A stretch of 64,000 bases of DNA from Dehalococcoidia bacterium (GTDB lineage Bacteria > Chloroflexota > Dehalococcoidia > Plut-88900): the NCBI GenBank assembly GCA_965197645.1, contig OZ240219.1, positions 960,001-1,024,000 on the forward strand. Reading direction: 5' to 3'. Below the pieces are notes generated by a model. The model had not been told where the DNA came from and made no database searches. It saw only the letters and a program-made list of their open reading frames with translations. The translations under genes were made by a program, and so were the position numbers. Positions within the stretch are counted from its first letter, which is position 1. Each line of letters opens with the position of its first letter. Shown one piece after another: positions 58,032-64,000 of this stretch.

Positions 58032-59202
58032 GCTGTTCTCCGGTGGAATTCGTAAGATATCGGTAGAGCAGACTGTCAAAGGGCGCCGGGTCGTCGGTAG
58101 CCGGAGCTGGCTGCGGCAACAGTATGGGCACGCGGCGCTTCTGGAGGACCTTCTCCAGCACCTCTTTCATGACCAAGCCGTAGTATATCCCTGAGCTTCC
58201 ACCTCCCACGTAGCCGCTGACGTAGTCGTTCATGAACAGGGTCAGCGATACGTCGGGGCTCCAGGGGCCGGCCTCCACAATCTGGTTTATCGAAAGCCGG
58301 TCGGCGCCCAGGTGAAACCGGGACCGGTTCCCGCACTTGCAGCCGGCGACAGCGAAGGTATCCGGGCCTTCCACCTGGCGATGCAACCGCAGCCTGCGAC
58401 GGCAGCCCGGACAGGTGTAGTTAAGGGGCAAATAGTCCTCGGCCAGAGGTTTGACCTTGGGATCGATATTCCGGGAGTGAAGGTGGTCGACGGCTTCGTT
58501 GAAAACGCGAGTTACGTCATCGATGTTGTTCAGGTAGAGGTTGACCTCTCCGGTGATCACCTCCCGGTCCAGAAGATCGGAAACCAGGACGGAGTAAGGG
58601 TCCATGCCGGCGTACCGATTGAGCAGGAAATAGGTGACGTCGTGGTTCAGCTGGCTGAGGACGCCGCCCTCGTGCTGCAGGAATACCGATCTCAGCTGTT
58701 CATAACGTTCCCTGGCCCGTGCTCTGGTGAGCTTCTTTCGCCCCGTGAAGGACTGGCTGAGATAGGTGTTCAGCTTATCGAGGCCCTGTTCGATGGTGGA
58801 CGTTTCCACCGGCACGAATCGCAGTTCCAACTGGGCGTTGGCCCCGGCGCTGACCCGGACCGAAGCCTTCTTGCCGAACACTGGCCAGAAGAACCGCTGC
58901 ATAAGGGCATCGGTGCCGGCGAGATCGGTATCGATCCACAGGAAGAAGGGACAGCATTCGCCGGTCCCGTCCAGCTGGTCCAAAAGGGCCATCCGGTCGA
59001 GCATCGATTGGGTGCAGTCCAGGTATATCTGTTGGAGGGCGTACACGGGCCTCGGATGCTTGGCGCCGTAGATTTCCATTAACGAGGGGTGTACCGGGTC
59101 ACGCAGCCGCGCCAGGAACTCATCCTTGTCGACGAAGATGTCCTGGGAGTCCAGGAACGAACGGCCATCGGGCGAGGCCAGCAGATCGTTCAGGTCCCGC
59201 AT
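57985..59202 (-). CDS. divergent BshC-like ligase with an inserted Zn ribbon
   Basis: Segments parallel BshC motifs: VYALQQ, FLWIDTD, P.V...LPL.Y, WSPDV, YVGGG...Y, VP.L.P. Contains CPGC...CKC. Lies between the isochorismatase gene and bshB1. Confidence 0.55.
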   Translation of the reverse strand: MRDLNDLLASPDGRSFLDSQDIFVDKDEFLARLRDPVHPSLMEIYGAKHPRPVYALQQIYLDCTQSMLDRMALLDQLDGTGECCPFFLWIDTDLAGTDALMQRFFWPVFGKKASVRVSAGANAQLELRFVPVETSTIEQGLDKLNTYLSQSFTGRKKLTRARARERYEQLRSVFLQHEGGVLSQLNHDVTYFLLNRYAGMDPYSVLVSDLLDREVITGEVNLYLNNIDDVTRVFNEAVDHLHSRNIDPKVKPLAEDYLPLNYTCPGCRRRLRLHRQVEGPDTFAVAGCKCGNRSRFHLGADRLSINQIVEAGPWSPDVSLTLFMNDYVSGYVGGGSSGIYYGLVMKEVLEKVLQKRRVPILLPQPAPATDDPAPFDSLLYRYLTNSTGEQHGRTPGRVGVCTPSR

Positions 59203-59207
59203 GGACG

Positions 59208-59885
59208 TTACGAGCGGCTCTTCCAGGCGGCGATAAGGTCCGTGGAGGGCCGGGTGATGCCCCACATGCTCAGGAACTTCATCGCCACTTCCTGCCACTC
59301 CGGGTCGTTGGATATCATACAGTCCTCAGGCGCGGCCACGAAGTATCCCTTATTCACGCCGTTGCTGACCGTGGGGACGATGCCAACCTGGACGCCGATG
59401 CCCACGATGATGAAGGTCCTGATGCCGTTCCACTGCAGTATCGATTCCAGGCTGGTGCCGGCGAAGGCGTCTCTCTTGTACTTGTTGAGTACCAAGTCAC
59501 CCTCCTGGGGTTTGAGCTCGTCGATGACGTCATGGCCCCAGGTGCCTTCGAACAGGCACTTCTGCATGATGTAGGTGCCGTCCTCGATGCTCTGGTAGCT
59601 GGCCTGGATCTCAGGGTCCGAACGGGAGCTGTTGTCCCGATAGTTGGTCCACCCGACGTAGATGACCTTGACCCCGGCCTGCCGGGCCTCGTTCACCAGG
59701 TTGACCGTCGGGCCGATCTGGCGAGATACGTCCTGGGGAAGGGTGCTGCCGGGGATGGATGCGCTGTATGCGCCGTCCTTGTGGCAGAAGTCGTTGAGCA
59801 TCTCGTGGACAACGAGAGCCGTATGCTTCGGGTCCACTATCTCCTCGAAGGTGTCGGGAATCTGCCGTCCCTTGAAGGTAATCAT
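59208..59885 (-). CDS. isochorismatase family hydrolase lacking the catalytic Cys
   Basis: TALVVHEMLNDF, AR.AGV.VI, GTWG, K.KRDAF.GT.L, GIGVQVGI..T. Confidence 0.88.
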   Translation of the reverse strand: MITFKGRQIPDTFEEIVDPKHTALVVHEMLNDFCHKDGAYSASIPGSTLPQDVSRQIGPTVNLVNEARQAGVKVIYVGWTNYRDNSSRSDPEIQASYQSIEDGTYIMQKCLFEGTWGHDVIDELKPQEGDLVLNKYKRDAFAGTSLESILQWNGIRTFIIVGIGVQVGIVPTVSNGVNKGYFVAAPEDCMISNDPEWQEVAMKFLSMWGITRPSTDLIAAWKSRS

Positions 59886-60943
59886 GGTGTCTCCCCCTCT
59901 GCGAAAGCCAGTATTCGTGCCGGATTCTCGACCAGCAGCTTATCGATGACCTCTTCTCGGAAGCCTCTACGCCGCATGTGAGGCGTGATGTTTTCCAGGG
60001 TATGGGCGTAGCCGTGGCCCCCGTAGCGGACCAGCCGGTTCTTGCCCGACATATCGTGGGAGGTCAGCACCTGGTCTCCATGTCCCTCGTCGACCAGCCA
60101 GGCGATCAGGCGCAGTCTCTCCGCATCGTTCATCAGGTCCTTGAGAGGGTTCCAGAAGTAGAAGGAGTCCTCGACGCCAAACAGATCGTACTCCAGGTAG
60201 CAGCCGGTGTCGGCCAGAGCCTTCAGGGTGTCCCGGTCCTCTATGGTGCGGTCCAGGTGGCCCATGATGGTACGGGAGATATCGGCGCTCGCGCCGCGGA
60301 GAACATCGATGATCTCCAACGGCGAGTCGTTGTGGCGGCCGGGATGGATGAGAATCGGAGCTCCTGTGATGCGTTGGGCGCGGGCGGAGGCCCTGAGCAC
60401 CTTCCGTTCGTTGTCCTCGAGAGGCCAGGTGCAACCCACCTCGCCGATGATTCCCGACTTTACGCCCGTATCTCCCACACCGTGACTGATATCTCGAACT
60501 ATCTCGTCGACTATTTCGCCCTCGGTCTTATCGCCCATGCCAGCGGGGTGTGCGGCCCCGACGTAGTAGGATGCGCCCATAACGATGTTGATGCCGCTGC
60601 CTCGCGCCACTTGGGCGAGGCCCTCGGGATTCCTGCCCAGTCCTACCGAGGTGGCCTCCACGATGGTGCCGCCGCCCGCCTGTTTGAAGATGCGGGTCTC
60701 GTCGATCATCATGTCGACGTTATCGAGCCGGGAGTTGTCCAGGTTTACGCCGTGCTTGTATCTGACCCACCCCAGGATCTCCATGGACAACGGTTGATGA
60801 AACCGCTCGCGTAGCTCGGGGTCATCGGGCTCCGGGAAGAGGGCCGATATGTCCATCAGGATATGCTCGTGGGTGTGGGTTACGCCCAGGTCGCCGGGGT
60901 CTACCTCCCCGAGAACAGTCTGTACCTTTCCTGCCGTTACCAT
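59882..60943 (-). CDS. phosphotriesterase-related (PTER/Php-like) amidohydrolase
   Basis: VQTVLG, HTHEH, GG.TIVE.T, GIIGEVG, IHPG, GHLDR, SHD, NPAR. Confidence 0.92.
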   Translation of the reverse strand: MVTAGKVQTVLGEVDPGDLGVTHTHEHILMDISALFPEPDDPELRERFHQPLSMEILGWVRYKHGVNLDNSRLDNVDMMIDETRIFKQAGGGTIVEATSVGLGRNPEGLAQVARGSGINIVMGASYYVGAAHPAGMGDKTEGEIVDEIVRDISHGVGDTGVKSGIIGEVGCTWPLEDNERKVLRASARAQRITGAPILIHPGRHNDSPLEIIDVLRGASADISRTIMGHLDRTIEDRDTLKALADTGCYLEYDLFGVEDSFYFWNPLKDLMNDAERLRLIAWLVDEGHGDQVLTSHDMSGKNRLVRYGGHGYAHTLENITPHMRRRGFREEVIDKLLVENPARILAFAEGETP

Positions 60944-60956
60944 TTGCTGGGCTTCC

Positions 60957-62105
60957 TTACACGTAGGGGAGTACCTTGGTCATGAAGAGATCGAGGCTGG
61001 ACATCACCTTGTCGTGGGGAAGGCCTCCCGTCTCCGACCAGACCATGATGTACTTGATCCCGCTCAGCTCCTTCAGCTCCTGGATCTGCTCGACCACCTG
61101 CTCGGGAGATCCGGCCAGGATCAGCAGCTGTTGCCGGAAGAACTCCCAGCCCAGCTCGTAATTCGTGTTTGGCTTCTCATCCTCGTCCGTCCAGTAGCTG
61201 GCGGGCCGGGTGCGGGCGGAGACCTCGTAGTAGGGGGTGAAGAAGTGGTCGGCGTCCCGTTTCGCCTCCTCGTAGGAGGGCGCCACGTGTACCGAGCGTA
61301 AGGCCGCTATCTCCTCGCCGATTTCATACTTGCGTCCCTCCCTGGAGCCCCGGGTCTCGGCGTAGATGCTCATCCTCTGCTTGAGCCTGCGAGGTGGTTG
61401 TATCCAGACCAGGCCATTCATGCCCAGCTGGGCGGCCTCTGTGAAGGAGGGCTCGGAGGTCATGAGCATCCAGAGGGGAGGGTGGGGCTTCTGGTACGGT
61501 TTGGGGCCGAGGCGCATCTTCACGATCTTGCCGTCTTTCACGGCATCGATGTCGGACGGAGGCGCGGAGGAGCCCCAGGAGAAACCGTCCTGGGGGTACT
61601 TGAAGTAGGTGCCTTGATGGGAGAAGAACTCTTCCACCCAGGCCTTTCTCAGTATCTCGATCACCTCAGCGAAGTGCTCCCGGGAGGCGGTCTGCTGTTT
61701 CGGGTCGAACCGGACGGCCTCGTCGGGCCACACGCCTTTGAGCTGGGGGTTCAGGTTGGCGACGTCGAAGGGGCTGATGCCGCGGCCCAACCCCACCTCG
61801 ACCCGGCCCCTCGTCATGTGGTCCAGGAGCGCGATGTCCTCGGCCAAGCGGAGGGGCTGCCAGCAGCCGGCGACGTTGGTCTGGCCGATGTGAATACGAT
61901 CGGTGTGCGCCGCCAGCATGGCACCGGTCATCAAAGGGTTAGTAGAACAATCGTAGTCCGCGTTAAAGTGGTGCTCATCGACCCAAGCGCAGTGGAACCC
62001 GGCCTCCTCGCAGATGGCCACCTCCTCGCGCAACTCGTCCAACAGGTCTGCGTAGACCCTGTCCAGGGTGGGCTCCATCATTGAGCTGTACAGACCGAAC
62101 TTCAT
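60957..62105 (-). CDS. LLM class flavin-dependent oxidoreductase
   Basis: MKFGL, E..GF...W..EHHF, P.RLAED.A.LD..T.GR...GLGRG, PKPYQKPHPP. Confidence 0.92.
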   Translation of the reverse strand: MKFGLYSSMMEPTLDRVYADLLDELREEVAICEEAGFHCAWVDEHHFNADYDCSTNPLMTGAMLAAHTDRIHIGQTNVAGCWQPLRLAEDIALLDHMTRGRVEVGLGRGISPFDVANLNPQLKGVWPDEAVRFDPKQQTASREHFAEVIEILRKAWVEEFFSHQGTYFKYPQDGFSWGSSAPPSDIDAVKDGKIVKMRLGPKPYQKPHPPLWMLMTSEPSFTEAAQLGMNGLVWIQPPRRLKQRMSIYAETRGSREGRKYEIGEEIAALRSVHVAPSYEEAKRDADHFFTPYYEVSARTRPASYWTDEDEKPNTNYELGWEFFRQQLLILAGSPEQVVEQIQELKELSGIKYIMVWSETGGLPHDKVMSSLDLFMTKVLPYV

Positions 62106-62202
62106 GGGACAGCCACCTCCCTTTTCGATACTCCTACACCGGCCCTCCGAGGGGACGCCGCGCAGCTAGCCTAGCACCACCGGTTCGGAGGGTCAAACAG
62201 GG

Positions 62203-63366
62203 CTAGTAGAACAGTCCTTTGGGGTCCATGCCCAGGAAGAACTGGCCGGCGGTCTCGTAGTGGGCCATGCGTCCCTGTATCTGCTGGGTGATGGTGTGAA
62301 CGTCCTGGAAACGCCGCTGGATGGGATTGTACTGGAAGATGCTGCTGGAGCCGCAGACCTCGTAGGCGATGTCCACCACGTCTGCGGCAGTGCGGATGGC
62401 GTGGGTGGCGGCCACTCGCAACCGGATCCGGTCCTCGAGGGTCAACGAGCGGGTTTCGCAGGCGCTGCGCCAGACCATCTCAGCCGACTGGAACAGAAAG
62501 GCCCTGGCCGAGCCCCACAGCGCCTCCGCACGACCGATGCTCCTCTGGGTGGTGGGCTTGTCCCGAAGCAGGTTCTCCTCGAACTGGGCCTTCTTGCCGC
62601 CCGCCATCTCGATGGCCGAGTCCACAGCACCACGAGCGACCCCCAGCGCCACACAGGCGAACCCCGCCGGAAATAGGAGGTTGGTCGTGATCGCGTACAG
62701 AGGGCCATCCACACGAGGCTTGTCATCGGAGTCGTAGACCCTGCTGGCTGGAACGAACAGGTCCTGCACCTGGAAAGTGAAGCTGCCCGTGCCCCGGAGC
62801 CCTCCGACCTGCCAGACGTCGACGAACTCCACCTGGTCTTTGGGAACCAGCATCGTCAGGCCCTCTCTGTGCGCCTTTCTCGGGTCCAGGTTCCCGTCGG
62901 ATGGGTCGGCCGGCGTGGCAGCGATCATCCAGGTGGCGTGTTGGCAGCCGCTGCTGAAATTCCAGCGGCCCGTGAGGCGGTATCCACCCTCCACGGGGAC
63001 AGCTTTGGCGGAAATGATGGGCCCGTTGGCGAGGACGGCACGCTGGTCGCTCCATATCTCCCTGACCAGCTCTTCCGGCATGGTGGCCGCGGTGCTGGCC
63101 AGTACCGTGTTCTGGTTGAGGCACCAGCCCACGCTGCCGTCGGCCTCGGCGAAGGTCTGGACGATCTCCAGGTAGTCGAGAAGATCGATCTCGAAGCCGC
63201 CCAGGGACCGGGGGATCAGAAGGCGGAAAAAGCCACGGTCTATCATCTCGTTGGCCAGCTCCTCCGGCAGCCGCCGCTCTCTATCGATCAGGTCCGCGGC
63301 GGCCGAGACCCGGGGGACCAGCTCCCGAGCGGAGTCCAGGAAGGAGACTTTTTCCGTCTGCGTCAT
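62203..63366 (-). CDS. acyl-CoA dehydrogenase-fold flavin-dependent monooxygenase (HsaA/C2-like)
   Basis: R.RRLP, P..LGG, ADGSVGW, G.W.FSSGC.HA.W, W.V.GLRGTGS, IQRRFQD. Start MTQTEK at 63366. Confidence 0.88.
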   Translation of the reverse strand: MTQTEKVSFLDSARELVPRVSAAADLIDRERRLPEELANEMIDRGFFRLLIPRSLGGFEIDLLDYLEIVQTFAEADGSVGWCLNQNTVLASTAATMPEELVREIWSDQRAVLANGPIISAKAVPVEGGYRLTGRWNFSSGCQHATWMIAATPADPSDGNLDPRKAHREGLTMLVPKDQVEFVDVWQVGGLRGTGSFTFQVQDLFVPASRVYDSDDKPRVDGPLYAITTNLLFPAGFACVALGVARGAVDSAIEMAGGKKAQFEENLLRDKPTTQRSIGRAEALWGSARAFLFQSAEMVWRSACETRSLTLEDRIRLRVAATHAIRTAADVVDIAYEVCGSSSIFQYNPIQRRFQDVHTITQQIQGRMAHYETAGQFFLGMDPKGLFY

Positions 63367-63386
63367 CGGCTTGAACCTCTTTGGTA

Positions 63387-64000
63387 TCAGCTGCGGAAGT
63401 GGGGCATTATCTTGCTGCCGACCTCCTCCAGCATCCACTTCTTATCGATGATGGTGTAGGTGGCCGTGGAGACGGTGGTGACCCCAGCCTCGACAAACTT
63501 TTCGATCCCTTCGCAGATCTCATCCACGGAACCGACCAGGTGAATGCAGTCGATCATGCGCTGTGTCATGAACTGGGAATAGGGGGCGTCGATCTTCTCG
63601 AACCAGGGGTCGTATCCGTCGGGCCGGGTGAACTCGGCGCGGGCGGAATCGTACCGTTTCATCTCGTCGACTATTCCCGGGCTCTGCCTGTCCAGGTCTT
63701 CGAAGAGCTTGACTATCTCCGGTTCCTTCTTGTTTCGCTCCAGCACGTGAAGGCCAAAGGGCACGAAGCCGGACAGCTCCCTACGAGCGCTTTCCTTGTC
63801 ATCGGTGACGTAGATATAGGAGCGGACGCAGATGTCTATCTTGGTGGGGTCTCGGCCGGCCTTCTCGGCGCCCCGATAGATGTTGTCCACCTTCCATTTG
63901 ACCATGTCCGGCGGCCCGCCCATGAAGTAGACCCCGTCGGCCACCTCGCCGGCCAGCTCCAGGGACCGCGGGTTGTCGGCCGCCAGATACAGGGGCACGG
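63387..64000 (-). CDS. LLM class oxidoreductase (F420-dependent-like), 5' end outside window
   Basis: P.Y.AA..PR.LELAGEVADGV, GAEKAGRDP, VGS.DE....I..F.EAGV. Confidence 0.85.
   Translation of the reverse strand, partial: VPLYLAADNPRSLELAGEVADGVYFMGGPPDMVKWKVDNIYRGAEKAGRDPTKIDICVRSYIYVTDDKESARRELSGFVPFGLHVLERNKKEPEIVKLFEDLDRQSPGIVDEMKRYDSARAEFTRPDGYDPWFEKIDAPYSQFMTQRMIDCIHLVGSVDEICEGIEKFVEAGVTTVSTATYTIIDKKWMLEEVGSKIMPHFRS

Noticed and set aside
1-64000. CRISPR array, rRNA, cas or transposase genes
   Set aside because: No regularly spaced repeats with unique spacers, and no rRNA, cas or transposase motifs seen

Overview
High-GC bacterial chromosome segment. Gene content suggests Chloroflexota/Dehalococcoidia (SAR202-like), possibly a marine-sponge associate; this is inferred from the LLM-class flavoenzymes, TauD, bifunctional FBP aldolase/phosphatase and a bacterial sterol methyltransferase. 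Bases 1-34 kb are mostly housekeeping: hflKC, pyrF, sfsA, cfa, tupABC tungstate uptake with a divergent regulator, a PyrR-attenuated pyrR-pyrB-carA-vapBC-carB-pyrK operon, fbp, rdgB, moaC, a pan-RNA-led peptidase-panB-panC operon, surE and five tRNAs. Downstream of tRNA-Val(TAC), about 34-48 kb is a decayed accessory/defence island. It carries a sterol C24-methyltransferase homolog, a MITE, an hsdM remnant, an N-truncated SF1 helicase-Vsr-DUF3320 gene, a KAP NTPase, TauD and a type IIG R-M gene. Then follow a DppB permease with a 7-repeat BNR/Ycf48 propeller inserted in its outer loop, DppC, a DUF262-HEPN pair, an Ltp2-like aldolase/DUF35 pair and a bacillithiol-like cluster (BshA, BshB1, highly divergent Zn-ribbon BshC-like protein) coupled to a flavin-monooxygenase/hydrolase operon. 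The best novelty candidates are the variant bacillithiol-like pathway, the propeller-bearing ABC permease, the bacterial SMT, the DUF262-HEPN module and a PyrB-PyrI(Zn)-Ada-like fusion. All calls come from reading motifs by eye; no database searches were run.
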